From contig NW_027362082.1 of NCBI RefSeq assembly GCF_039654945.1, forward strand, positions 496,001 to 560,000: a stretch of DNA of 64,000 nt, written 5' to 3'. Positions 23,040 to 35,597 of this stretch are shown piece by piece. Numbering within the stretch: the stretch's first letter is position 1; every line of letters begins with the position of its first letter. The notes under the pieces are model-generated. The model made no database searches and was not told where the DNA came from. It saw nothing but the letters and a program-made list of their open reading frames with translations. The DNA is from Dendrobates tinctorius (Eukaryota). Position numbers and translations under genes: made by a program.

Positions 23040-26000
23040 GGAGCTGGCGCGTGGTGGACGGGAGCAGAGCCGGAGCTGGCGCGTGGTGGACGGGAGCAGA
23101 GCCGGAGCTGGCGCGTGGTGGACGGGAGCAGAGCCGGAGCTGGCGCGTGGTGGACGGGAGCAGAGCCGGAGCTGGCGCGTGGTGGACGGGAGCAGAGCCG
23201 GAGCTGGCGCGTGGTGGACGGGAGCAGAGCCGGAGCTGGCGCGTGGTGGACGGGAGCAGAGCCGGAGCTGGCGCGTGGCGGACGGGAGCAGAGCCGGAGC
23301 TGGCGCGTGGCGGACGGGAGCAGAGCCGGAGCTGGCGCGTGGCGGACGGGAGCAGAGCCGGAGCTGGCGCGTGGCGGACGGGAGCAGAGCCGGAGCTGGC
23401 GCGTGGCGGACGGGAGCAGAGCCGGAGCTGGCGCGTGGCGGACGGGAGCAGAGCCGGAGCTGGCGCGTGGCGGACGGGAGCAGAGCCGGAGCTGGCGCGT
23501 GGCGGACGGGAGCAGAGCCGGAGCTGGCGCGTGGCGGACGGGAGCAGAGCCGGAGCTGGCGCGTGGCGGACGGGAGCAGAGCCGGAGCTGGCGCGTGGCG
23601 GACGGGAGCAGAGCCGGAGCTGGCGCGTGGCGGACGGGAGCAGAGCCGGAGCTGGCGCGTGGCGGACGGGAGCAGAGCCGGAGCTGGCGCGTGGCGGACG
23701 GGAGCAGAGCCGGAGCTGGCGCGTGGCGGACGGGAGCAGAGCCGGAGCTGGCGCGTGGCGGACGGGAGCAGAGCCGGAGCTGGCGCGTGGCGGACGGGAG
23801 CAGAGCCGGAGCTGGCGCGTGGCGGACGGGAGCAGAGCCGGAGCTGGCGCGTGGCGGACGGGAGCAGAGCCGGAGCTGGCGCGTGGCGGACGGGAGCAGA
23901 GCCGGAGCTGGCGCGTGGCGGACGGGAGCAGAGCCGGAGCTGGCGCGTGGCGGACGGGAGCAGAGCCGGAGCTGGCGCGTGGCGGACGGGAGCAGAGCCG
24001 GAGCTGGCGCGTGGCGGACGGGAGCAGAGCCGGAGCTGGCGCGTGGCGGACGGGAGCAGAGCCGGAGCTGGCGCGTGGCGGACGGGAGCAGAGCCGGAGC
24101 TGGCGCGTGGCGGACGGGAGCAGAGCCGGAGCTGGCGCGTGGCGGACGGGAGCAGAGCCGGAGCTGGCGCGTGGCGGACGGGAGCAGAGCCGGAGCTGGC
24201 GCGTGGCGGACGGGAGCAGAGCCGGAGCTGGCGCGTGGTGGACGGGAGCAGAGCCGGAGCTGGCGCGTGGTGGACGGGAGCAGAGCCGGAGCTGGCGCGT
24301 GGTGGACGGGAGCAGAGCCGGAGCTGGCGCGTGGTGGACGGGAGCAGAGCCGGAGCTGGCGCGTGGTGGACGGGAGCAGAGCCGGAGCTGGCGTGTGGTG
24401 GACGGGAGCAGAGCTGGCGCGTGGTGGACGGGAGCAGAGCTGGAGTGTGGTGGACGGGGCGGAGCTGGCGCGTGGTGGACGGGGGAGGAGCTGGCGTGTG
24501 GTGGACGGGGCGGAGCCAAAGCTGGCGCGTGGTGGACGGGAGCAGAGCCGGAGCTGGAGTGTGGTGGACGGGAGCGGAGCCGGAGCCGGCGCGTGGTGGA
24601 CGGGAGCGGAGCCGGAGCCGGCGCGTGGTGGACGGGAGCGGAGCCGGCGCGTGGTGGACGGGAGCGGAGCCGGCGCGTGGTGGACGGGAGCGGAGCCGGA
24701 GCCGGCACGTGGTGGACGGGAGCGGAGGCAGAGCCGGCGTGTGGTGGACGGGAGCGGAGGCGGAGCTGGCGTGTGGTGGACGGGAGCAGAGCCGGAGCTA
24801 GAGTGTGGTGGACGGGGGCGGAGCTGGCGCGTGGTGGACGGGAGCAGAGCCGGAGCTGGCGCGTGGTGGACGGGAGCAGAGCCGGAGCTGGAGTGTGGTG
24901 GATGGGGGCGGAGCTGGCGCGTGGTGGACGGGAGCAGAGCCGGAGCTGGCGCGTGGTGGACGGGAGCAGAGCCGGAGCTGGCGCGTGGTGGACGGGAGCA
25001 GAGCCGGAGCTGGCGCGTGGTGGACGGGAGCAGAGCCGGAGCTGGCGCGTGGTGGACGGGAGCAGAGCCGGAGCTGGCGCGTGGTGGACGGGAGCAGAGC
25101 CGGAGCTGGCGCGTGGTGGACGGGAGCAGAGCCGGAGCTGGCGCGTGGTGGACGGGAGCAGAGCCGGAGCTGGCGCGTGGTGGACGGGAGCAGAGCCGGA
25201 GCTGGCGTGTGGTGGACGGGAGCAGAGCTGGCGCGTGGTGGACGGGAGCAGAGCTGGAGTGTGGTGGACGGGGCGGAGCTGGCGCGTGGTGGACGGGGGA
25301 GGAGCTGGCGTGTGGTGGACGGGGCGGAGCCAAAGCTGGCGCGTGGTGGACGGGAGCAGAGCCGGAGCTGGAGTGTGGTGGACGGGAGCGGAGCTGGCGC
25401 GTGGTGGACGGGAGCAGAGCCGGAGCTGGCGTGTGGTGGATGGAAGCGGAGGCGGAGCTGGCGCGTGGTGGATGGAAGCGGAGGCGGAGCTGGCGCGTGG
25501 TGGACGGAAGCGGAGGCGGAGCTGGCGCGTGGTGGACGGAAGCGGAGGCGGAGCTGGCGCGTGGTGGACGGGAGCGGAGCCGGAGCTGGCGCGTGGTGGA
25601 CGGGAGCAGAGCCGGAGCTGGCGCGTGGTGGACGGGAGCAGAGCTGGCGCGTGGTGGACGGGAGCGGAGCCGGAGCTGGCGCGTGGTGGATGGGAGCAGA
25701 GCTGGCGCGTGGTGGACGGGAGCAGAGCTGGAGTGTGGTGGACGGGGCGGAGCTGGCGCGTGGTGGATGGGGCGGAGCTGGCGTGTGGTGGACGGGGGCG
25801 GAGCCAAAGCTGGCGTGTGGTGGACGGGAGCAGAGCCGGAGCTGGAGTGTGGTGGACGGGGGCGGAGCTGGCGCGTGGTGGACGGGAGCAGAGCCGGAGC
25901 TGGCGCGTGGTGGACGGGAGCAGAGCCGGAGCTGGAGTGTGGTGGACGGGGGCGGAGCTGGCACGTGGTGGACGGGAGCAGAGCCGGAGCTGGCGCGTGG

Positions 26001-26975
26001 TGGACGGGAGCAGAGCCGGAGCTGGCGCGTGGTGGACGGGAGCAGAGCCGGAGCTGGCGCGTGGTGGACGGGGACGGAGCTGGCGCGTGGTGGACCGGAG
26101 CAGAGCCGGAGCGTGGTGGACGGGAGCGGAGCCGGCGCGTGGTGGACGGGAGCGGAGCCGGAGCCGGCGCGTGGTGGACGGGAGCGGAGGCAGAGCCGGC
26201 GTGTGGTGGACGGGAGCGGAGGCGGAGCCGGCGTGTGGTGGACGGGAGCGGAGGCGGAGCCGGCGTGTGGTGGACGGGAGCGGAGGCGGAGCTGGCGCGT
26301 GGTGGACGGGAGCAGAGCTGGAGCTGGCGCGCGTGGTGGACGGAGGCGGAGCTGGCGTGTGGTGGACGGGAGCAGAGCCGGAGCTGGCGTGTGGTGTACG
26401 GGGGCGGAGCTGGCGCGTGGTGGACGGGAGCAGAGCCGGAGCTGGCGCGTGGTGTACGGGGGCGGAGCTGGCGCATGGTGGACGGGAGCGGAGGCGGAGC
26501 TGTCGTGTGGTGGACGGGAGCAGAGCCGGAGCTGGCGCGTGGTGCTGGCGCGTGGTGGACGGGAGCAGAGCCGGAGCTGGCGCGTGGTGGACGGGAGCAG
26601 AGCCGGAGCCGGCGCGTGGTGGACGGGAGCGGAGGCGGAGCCGGCACGTTGTGGACGGGAGCGAAGGCGGAGCCGGCGTGTGGTGGACGGGAGCGGAGGC
26701 GGAGCCGGCGTGTGGTGGACGGGAGCGGAGGCGGAGCCGGCGTGTGGTGGACGGGAGCGGAGGCGGAGCCGGCGTGTGGTGGACGGGAGCGGAGGCGGAG
26801 CCGGCGTGTGGTGGACGGGAGCGGAGGCGGAGCTGGCATGTGGTGGACGGGAGCGGAGGCGGAGCCGGCGTGTGGTGGACGGGGGCGGAGCTGGCGTGTG
26901 GTGGATGGGAGCGGAGGCGGAGTCGGCGTGTGGTGGACGGGGGCGGAGCTGGAGCTGGCGTGTGGTGGACGGGAG
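23040..26975. repeat. 32-bp GC/CpG-rich minisatellite, ~3.9 kb
   Basis: Unit GGAGCTGGCGCGTGGYGGACGGGAGCAGAGCC; homogeneous to ~24390, then variant 20-32-bp units. Confidence 0.97.
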
Positions 26976-27490
26976 ATAAAACATAACCTTTAGTTAGATA
27001 GTAGAATAAATACAATTTTGTGTCCCCCAGAGTGAATGAATATAAATGTTTGGGTGAAGTCACAAATAAAGGGGCGTGAGGAGCACAGCCCGATCAGGAG
27101 GAATGATTCCCACTTGAAATGGCTGAACTGCAATCAGCAAGTCCCAGAATCTCACCTTGTGGATCTGGGAGAATCCCACAGAACCCCGCAAATAACGACT
27201 GACAGATTCTGGCTGCATATAACAGGAATGACTGGAATCTGGATGACAGTTATAGAGTTACCACCCGAAATATGCCAGAGCAATAAGGAAGGAAAGGCAC
27301 AAGCTCAGCAATTCATGAAGCCGATGCGGGAGGAAAAGGAGATCCTGGGTCCAGGATGATCCATACAGGACAAGGGGAAGAAAATGCCCTACAAGACCCC
27401 AAAGGGCTAACAGTAGTCTATCCCCAAGACTCCCCCCCCCCGACCGTCCACAGCTCCCCCTGTGCTAAACAAGCCCTGCATTCCCCCATG

Positions 27491-27536
27491 GAAGGGCCCA
27501 ACGCGTTTCTTCCAAGCTGAGTCATCAGGGGACTTC
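27491..27536 (-). ncRNA. Minimal type I hammerhead-like motif (Penelope/retrozyme type)
   Basis: Minus strand GAAGTCCC-CTGATGA-CTCAGCTTGGAA-GAAA-CGCG-TT-GGGCCCTTC; conserved core, palindromic stem III, pairing stem I; stem II weak. Confidence 0.55.
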
Positions 27537-28048
27537 TGCTTGTGATAGGAGGTGAGGTGCCATAGTGCTGAGCTAGAGAGGAATGGATCCCTCCACTCCT
27601 TGTCTGAAGCTGTGAGGAACGGCAGGACAAAAAGGGTTAACTTTACATAGATGAGGAGAAATTAATTACCACTTCCCATTAGGAATTCCCACAGGTGTTA
27701 ACACTGAACATATGGTGTGCATGCCATTATGTCTCCAATCACTAGGACGTCTTACAGACGCGTGTTACCCCAGAGAAAGGCAGGGGGAGAACATACCATG
27801 GTACTTCTGGTGGTTGAAACGCACGCCAGTGTGCCATAAAGGCGCGTGAGCCGCAAGGAAAAAATCCACCACACTCAAATGAAGGCGGGCTACTAATTGT
27901 GTCCAATGAGGTAGAGGCGTGCGCTCCACAACCTAGTGTTTCCGGTACGTGGAACACACGCCAAAATAACTTCCGGTTTCTTGAACCGCATAGAAGTAGA
28001 ATATGAAACCAAGTTGGCTTGATGGCGCACGGTCCACAGCCTTGTATC

Positions 28049-28177
28049 TCCGGCAAGTGGAACGCACGCCAATGCCACATCCGGCAAGTGGAACGCGCGC
28101 CAATGCCACATCCGGCAAGTGGAACGCACGCCAACGCCACATCCGGCAAGTGGAACGCGCGCCAACGCCACATCCGG
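28049..28177. repeat. 31-bp tandem repeat x4
   Basis: TCCGGCAAGTGGAACGCRCGCCAAYGCCACA; degenerate copies at ~27805 and ~27941. Confidence 0.85.
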
Positions 28178-29004
28178 CTTTGATGGCACCTTCCCTTTAA
28201 ACTGCCAGGGTTTTGTTGCAGACGCTCCTGTGCCGTTCCTGCGGTGTACATCTATGTTATGGGGCCCAAAGAGTTTCACTTGTTAAAATATAATGTGTCT
28301 TCTGCTTTTTTTATGTTTTTATTTTTACAAGAATTGTTGGAGCCAATTTTCTGTAGAAACATTTTAATATCGGCTTTTTCTGGAGTTTTTCTTGTAATAT
28401 AGGAAAGCCTAAGGCCAGAAATAAACCCCATAAATCACTGTACATGGAGACTTTGGGATCAGATCATTTCTGTCCGTTGTGATTGTGGAACCTAAAAATC
28501 TTTTCTAAAAGCCTCAAACTTCTGTGTGTGACTCAGAGCTGAGATCTAACGTGAGAGAAGATTCCAGTATGGGGAAGACGGGAAACCTTCATATAGACGG
28601 CCGGTGGGGATGGAGTCAGTGACCGACTCTGGCCAAATCTGTTTCTAGAGCCGCAGTAGAAGATGAAGATGTTGTCCTCATCATGAAGGAGTTATTTCTC
28701 ATGTCGCGTGTAATGAATATCTCCTGCAGTATTGCTAATGCCGATTCCAGTGTCGGTAATGAGACGAGAATTAGCGTTATGGAAGATGAGTCTATGAGGA
28801 ACGTGTTCAACTGCCGACTCCGAGGAGGAAACTGCTTGTTGTCTGTGGCCTAAATATATAGGTTTTATTAGTAGATGTCAGGGAAGAAAACTAAACCCTG
28901 TAAGATAATAAATCTCCTCATATGTTTCCCTTATTATCTCCAGTAATTGTATTATTACACAGGATTCTTATGGTGTTACATCGGATCATCTTCTTCTCAT
29001 TCAG

Positions 29005-30102
29005 GTCTCTACAATATCGGATCCTCTCAGTGAAGATCTTCTACAAAAGAGAATTTTCCTGATTTACCCACCAAGGATGGATATGGACAGAGACAAGATG
29101 GCGGAGAGGATACTACACCTCACCCTAGAGATCCTCTTCCGTCTCACTGGAGAGGTGAGAGATTCTGATGATGTCACATTACATCATTCTTATCTATGGG
29201 AATAACAGATGGACAGAACTGGAGAGGTGAGGACTCTGGAAATGTCTGGAGTGAGATTTATTAATGTGTCTCTCCATAACCAGGATTACAGTGGTGAAGA
29301 CGACCTCTAGTGATCGCTGTCAGGACCCTGTGTCTGAGGGATGTGAAAGACCCCTGAGCCCAATCACGGGGCCTCCACCTCTCCCCCTGATCCATGTGGA
29401 CATCAATGACCAGAAGATCCTAGAACTCACCTACAAGATGATGGAGCTGCTGACTGGAGAGGTGACACTGCTGGGAATGCAGGGACATTATACAGTAACA
29501 CTATGAAGGGATCGGGGGATGACGGTATCATTGTATGTGTCAGGTTCCTATAAGGTGTCAGGATGTCGCTGTCTATTTCTCCATGGAGGAGTGGGAGTAT
29601 TTAGCAGGACACAGAGATCTGTACAAGGACGTCATAATGGAGGTTCCCCAGCCCCTCACATCTCCAGGTAATAGACAGGACTAAATACACACGGCCTATA
29701 ATTATCTGTATGTAGAGAATGAATTCAGTCCCTGTATGTGTTTCCTCCAGATCTATCTAGTAAGAGGACAACACCAGAGAGATGTCCCCGTCCTCTTCTT
29801 CCACAGGACTGTAACCAAGAAGATCCCAGTGCTCCTCAGGATCATCAGGTAGATGGAGAGAAGGTGTCAGGAGATCTCCCCTATGATGTGTAGACGGCTG
29901 TGAAGGTCTTATGCTCAGTCTTGTTTTATCCACCAGTATTATATGTTTTATACTTGTGTGATGAGAACGGTGGAGATGGCAGGATTAGAGCTGATCATAG
30001 ATGGGACTTCTCCATCTGTCGGTGACTTTTACAATATTTGTTTCAGGGTGAAGATCTGACCAATATTAATACTACAGAGACATATGTGAGGGGTGATGAA
30101 TG
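29005..30102 (+). pseudogene. KRAB zinc-finger gene 2, N-terminal exons (ATG 29077; 29005-29154, 29284-29461, 29544-29667 KRAB-A, 29751-29848, 30047-30102), frame-disrupted
   Basis: Inverted paralog of gene 1; exon 2 lacks 2 bp (GATTACAGTG vs GATTACACAGTG); exon 5 lacks 35 bp. Confidence 0.8.
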
Positions 30103-30519
30103 GTGAGTAGTAACCACTGAATCCAGAGAAGTCACAGATTCCTCTCAGTCACTGGCTTTGGCTGCTTCATCGGTGGTGTAGTCCGGCCGTATTACCATGA
30201 TCACCATTTTGCCTCTAGACCACAACATTCTCCTCCACCCAAAACTGTTCAAATGACTTTGGGCATTGAAAGCCCTTTTCTATAGAACTTACAACCAATT
30301 ACATTGTTTTTGATCCTAAGGAATTCAGATTACTGCACAATCTCTCCTGAAATGGGGAGCAAAACTATCTCTAATCTTCTGCTCAGGATTCATAGTAGCT
30401 CCAATGAGCCACCATAAATGAATGCAACTCTGGTTTACTGTTGTGTAATCTGTATTTGTAGTTTTCAGTTAATGAGATTCTCATGCTCTGGGCGGGGCTT
30501 TATGTGGTGCTCTGATTAC

Positions 30520-32495
30520 ATTTTTTTTTATTATTTATATAGCACCATTGATTCCATGGTGCTGTACATGAGAGGGGGTTACATACAAATTGCAGATGTC
30601 ACAGTAAACAAGCTAACAATCACAGATTGATAGAGGGGAGAGAGCACCCTGCCCTTTAGGGCTTACATGCTACAGGATGGTGGGTAAGGAGACAGTAGGT
30701 TGGTGGGTCGTAGCAGTTCCGGTGTTGGTTGAGGTGATATCCCCGGTAGTGGTGAGAGAGAAGGAGGTAGCGGGGTCATTGCAGGCTGTAGGCTTTCTTG
30801 AAGAGGTGGGTTTTCAGGTTCCGTCTGAAGGATCCAAATGTGGTTGATATTTGGACTTGTTGGGGCAAAGAATTCTAGAGAATTGGGGCAGTTCGGGAGA
30901 AGTCTTGGAGGCAGTTGGGTGAGGAGCGAATAATTGTGGAGGTGAGGAGGTCTTGGGAGGACCAGAGATTACGTGAGGGAAGGTATCGGGAGATTAGTTC
31001 AGAGGCATATGGGGGAGACAGGTTATAGATGGCCTTGTAGGTCAGTATTAGTAATTTGAACTGGATACGCTGAGGGAGTGGGAGCCAGTGAAGAGATTTG
31101 CAGAGGGGAGAAGTGGAGGAGTAGCGAGGAGAGAGATTAATTAGTCGGGCAGCAGAGTTAAGGATGGACTGGAGAGGTGCGAGGGTGTTAGCAGGGAGAC
31201 CACAGAAAAGAATTCTGCCGTAGTCGAGGCGGGAGATGAGGTCATGCACAAGTATTTTAGTAGGTTGAGGAAAGGACGGGTTCTTGAAATATTTTTGAGC
31301 TGGAGGCAAGAGGAGGTAGAAAGAGCTTGGATGTGAGGTTTGAAGCACAGGGCAGAGTCAAAGGTTACTCCGAGGCAGCAGACTTCTGTTACTGGGGAAA
31401 GCGTGATGTCATTAATCGTGATAGGTCAGGTAAGGAAGATCTGTGAGATGGAGGAAAGAAGACTTCAGATTTGTCCACATTGAGCTTGAGGAAGCGAGAG
31501 GAGATGGAGGAGGATATGGCTGATAGACACTCCGGGATTCTGTACAGCAGAGAGGTGACATCTGGGCCAAAATGTTGTACCCAAAATGTACCCACTCAGA
31601 GAGGTAGATCTGAGTGTCATCGGCATAAAGGTGGTACTGGAATCTGTGGGACTTTGAGTTGCCCCAGGCCAAGTGTATAGATTAAGAAGAGTAGGGGTCC
31701 TAGAACAGAGGCTTGGGGGACTCCAACAGAGAGAGAGGGTGGGATGAGGAAGGTAGTGTGGGAGTGGGAGACGCTGAATGTGCGGTTGGAAAGGTATGAG
31801 GAGATCCAGGATAGGGCGATGTCTTTGATGCCAAAGGAGGAGAGGATATGTAGTAGGAGGCAGTGGTCAACTGTGTCGAATGCAGAAGACAGGTCTAGAA
31901 GCAGGAGTAGAGAGTATTGTCCATTTAATTTTGCTGTAATTAGGTTGTTAGTAATTTTGGTCAGGGCTGTCTCAGTGGAGTGATGGGGGCATAAATAAAG
32001 ATTGTAGATTGTCAAAGAGCAAGTTAGATGATAGATGGGAAGAAAGTTCAGCGTGGACGTGCTGCTCCTGGAGTTTGGAAGCAAATGGGAGCAGTGATAT
32101 TGGACGATAGCTGGACATTGCGGTTGGGTCGAGGGTTGGCTTTTAAAGGATAGGCGTGATTGTGGCATGTTTGAAAGCAGAAGGGAAGGTACCAGACGTT
32201 AGTGATAGGTTGAAGAGGTGGGTTAGGGATGAGATAAGTGTGGTGTTGAAGTTGGGGAGGGGATGGGATGTGGTCGAGTGCACAGGTTGTGAGGTGCGAT
32301 TTGGAGAAGAGACAATTAAGCTCCCCTTCAGCGATGTTGGAGAGGGAGGTTATGGGGTTTGGGCAGTGGTCTGGTATACAAAGGGGTTGTGTTGGTTGAA
32401 TGATGAAGACTTGGCTTGTTTGGTAGATCTTATTTTTGAAGTGTGTGCCAAATTCCTCGGCAGAGATAAGGGAGGTTGGAGGGGACAGTGGTGTG
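30520..32495 (-). mobile_element. L2-clade LINE, 5'-truncated, degenerate RT
   Basis: [43 protein letters not shown] motifs; L2-type 3' tail TGTACAGCACCATGGAATCAATGGTGCTATATAAATAA on the minus strand. Confidence 0.92.
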
Positions 32496-32499
32496 ACCT

Positions 32500-33112
32500 T
32501 TGACCGCACACGGCTATCACATGTGCAGGGGGGCTTATCTTAGTTATCCCACTGCTGTCAACAATGTGATGAAAGCAGCAAGCTTGTCTTGCCCCAACAA
32601 TTTACCGCAGGGGTTTATTGTAGATATCCCACTGCTGCCACAATATGTCACGAACTGCCGAGATTTATGTATATCCCACTTTCCAGTTCCACTTTGGAGC
32701 TCGCAGGCGCCCCCCCTTACCTTCAGGTCAGTCAGAGAACTGCACCTAGGAAGTCGCCGGACGGGCTACTTGTTGTGCAATGGCTATTAGGTCCACTTGC
32801 AGTGAGGGAATTATAAATGCTTTGGCCGCAGCTACACAATCTGCCTATAAAACCCGCTCAGTCACTACCAGCTCTACCCACCTAGCCAAAACACACCGCT
32901 GCCACCAACTTCTGATTCTCTATATTAATATTTAAAATTAATACAGGGGTTCCGAAGCCAACCCAAATAGTAGCGTAATTAGCTTATAGGCACGTGAATT
33001 CGTCACAGAACAAGGAGACGGAACTAATAAATTTTATATTTACTCCAAAAAGTAGGCACTGTTTACAGAGATATAAAAAGATCTTACAATGGGAGACAAT
33101 TAAAATATGTAC
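32500..33112 (-). mobile_element. Gypsy-type LTR fragment with tRNA-Leu-like primer binding site
   Basis: Minus strand ...CGTGACA followed by TGTGGCAGCAGTGGGAT (32642-32626), near the TGGTGGCAGCGGTGGGAT complement of the tRNA-Leu 3' end. Confidence 0.55.
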
Positions 33113-33213
33113 ATGCCTATAATATTGTGGCTATTGTTGGGCTTATAGAAAAAATTACACCCAGCAAAATGTCACCGGCGATGGCGGCGCCTGCACAGTA
33201 GCATCTATATCAA

Positions 33214-33218
33214 ATATA

Positions 33219-33269
<51 letters not shown>
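33214..33269. repeat. (TA)n microsatellite
   Basis: About 28 TA units; only ~7 in the duplicate at 43595. Confidence 0.95.
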
Positions 33270-33272
<3 letters not shown>

Positions 33273-34184
33273 CACAATTTTGGAAACAAATTTTTTTTCC
33301 TTAGGAAGTTATAAGGGTTAAAAGCTAAACAGCGATTTCTCATTTTTACAACAAAATTTACAAAACCATTTTTTTTAGGGACCACCTCACCTTTGAAGTG
33401 AGTTTGGGGGGGTCAGTATGACAGGAAATACCCAAAAGTGACACCATTGTAAAAACTGCACCCCTAAAGGTACTCAAAATCACATTCAAGAAGTTTCTTA
33501 ACCCTTCAGGTGCTTCACAGGAATGATTGGAATGTGTAAGGAAAAAATAAACATTTACTTTTCTTTCACAAAAATTTTCATGTAGACCTAATTTTTTTTT
33601 TACTTTTGCAAGGGTAACAGGAGAAAATGGATGATACGTTTTGTTTTGAAATTTCTCCTGAGCATGCTGATACCCCATATTTGGGGGAAATCTACTGTGT
33701 GTGCGCACGGCAGAGCTCAGAAGGGAAAGCGCACCATTTGACTTTTTGAATGTAAAATTTGCTGGAATAATTAGCGGTTGCCATGTCGCGTTTGGAGAGT
33801 CTGAATTCAGCTTACTGGGAGGGATCAGCAAAGGTGCATGAGTGGTCACAGACGTTCGGTGGTCAAGGCTGGTGCGGCGGCAGCGCTCTGTGCTGGTGCG
33901 GCGGCAATGCTCTGTGCTGGGGCGGCAGTGCTCTGTGCTGCGAGGGGCCTCCGCCACCATTTTGTCAAAGCCGGAGTCCCCACAGCTCCATTGCTGCGAT
34001 GCGCCGCAGCATTTGTAAGTATATTCCGACTCTAAAAAATTTTTGGGAAAAAGTGCGTCTTATAGTCCGAAAAATATGGTACATTTTTACCGCTAAAATG
34101 TTGTTTTAAGCCCAGATTTTACATTGGAAAATAGGTAGATAAGTATATGGTCAACATAGGTAAAACTATGGGTGTACATAGATG

Positions 34185-35020
34185 TGTTGTGAACTCTCTT
34201 AATCTTACTTTTGAGGCAGGGCTCCCTCTGGTGGATACTGCTGGTAGTGGAGCTGGTCAATTTGATGTTAATCCAACAGCTGCAGAGGATGATTGGAGAA
34301 GTGGGGGTAGAGACTGGGAGTACATAAGCGAGCAGACTTCTCTCAGTGGCTGCCGGGGATACTCCTGTCTGTGCATAGTGAGGATATCTGTCTCCTGCCT
34401 GATCCTGCATTTTCCAGCTAAGTGTCATTTGCTAAATCCTTTGCATCTGATTTTGCCTTGCTGTCAGGAGTCAGCTGGCTCCCCCTGGGGCTTCTGGCTC
34501 CTGCCCTGTATTTTTGTATCTTGTGTTTGTTTGCTCAGTCACCTGCTGTATTAGCCTGTTGCTAGCCTCCATTTCACACCTGAGTGCTGATTTAGTGGGG
34601 GCGAGGTTGTGCTAACCTCAGTATTTTTGTGCTTCAGTCATGTTGGAATTTGTAGGGTTTTTGCGTGATTGCAGACAGTGCCTTTTCTGTCCTATCCTAT
34701 CTAGTCAGTGTGGGCCCCATCATTTGATCAGTCTATTTTCTGTCTGTGTCTCATCTTGTCTCCCCGACAATATATGTTTGGGGGCTGTCTATTCCTTTGG
34801 GGATCTGCTCTGGGGCAGTTTAGATTTCACCTTTCTGTCTTTAGGCTTAGTTAGTCCTCCGGCTGTGACGAGGCGTCTAGGGCATCGTAGGAACGCTCCA
34901 CGGCTACTGCTAGTTGTGTTGTTAAGATCAGGGGTCTGCAATCCGCTGAGTGACCAACCTTTCTGGTGTTCTGGTGGCATAGCCTTTTGCGCTTTCCTCC
35001 TCGGTGACCCATTCATAACA
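34185..35020 (+). mobile_element. Solo LTR, 6-bp TSD TAGATG/TAGATA
   Basis: TGTTGTGAA...TTCATAACA; partial duplicate at 43806-44272 is followed by TAGATG. Confidence 0.85.
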
Positions 35021-35597
35021 TAGATAAATTCGAGGAAGGGTGTCATTTCCAATTCCCAGAGGGGTGTCATTTCCAAAATGGGGTCACTTCAGGGGGGATT
35101 CTGCTGTTGTTGCCCTTTGGAGAGCCTCTAAGTGCCAGAACACCAGAATTTCCCCTGAAGTGATCCTTTTTGGAAATGACACCCCTCTGGGAATTCATCT
35201 ATGGATATAGTGACCATTTTCACTACATGGATGATTTCCAGAAACTCTTAGAAGAAGTTTCAGAGCAAAAATTGCAAAAATGTCATTGTAGTGCCCAATA
35301 TATTGTGCCCAATTTGTGTCTCTGGAGACCTACCCCCGGAAAATGTTAAAAGGAACCTGTCACCCCTCTCAGGCGTTTTTAAGTAAAAGAGCCACCTCCT
35401 GTATTTTGTCAAGCAGTGCATGGAAGTCCATAAATTAGTTCCATAAGAATTGATATATCAGCGGTCACTTGTTTGACCTTTTAGATGTGCAGCAGCTGAC
35501 TACTAATCATACATGCCTGATCTCTCCTGCAATAGGTGAGTGGATTTCTTTTATATTTATTATTAACCCAGATAAGACCCTATTTGTGCTTTTTTGT

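Noticed and set aside
23040-26975. Resemblance to an immunoglobulin switch region (GAGCTGG) or Chi-like motifs
   Set aside because: No Ig exons in the window; such short motifs are expected by chance in a G-rich repeat.
22759-27063. 1300-1400-aa ORFs in multiple frames on both strands
   Set aside because: Artefact of a stop-free 32-bp minisatellite; the same peptide appears in all frames.
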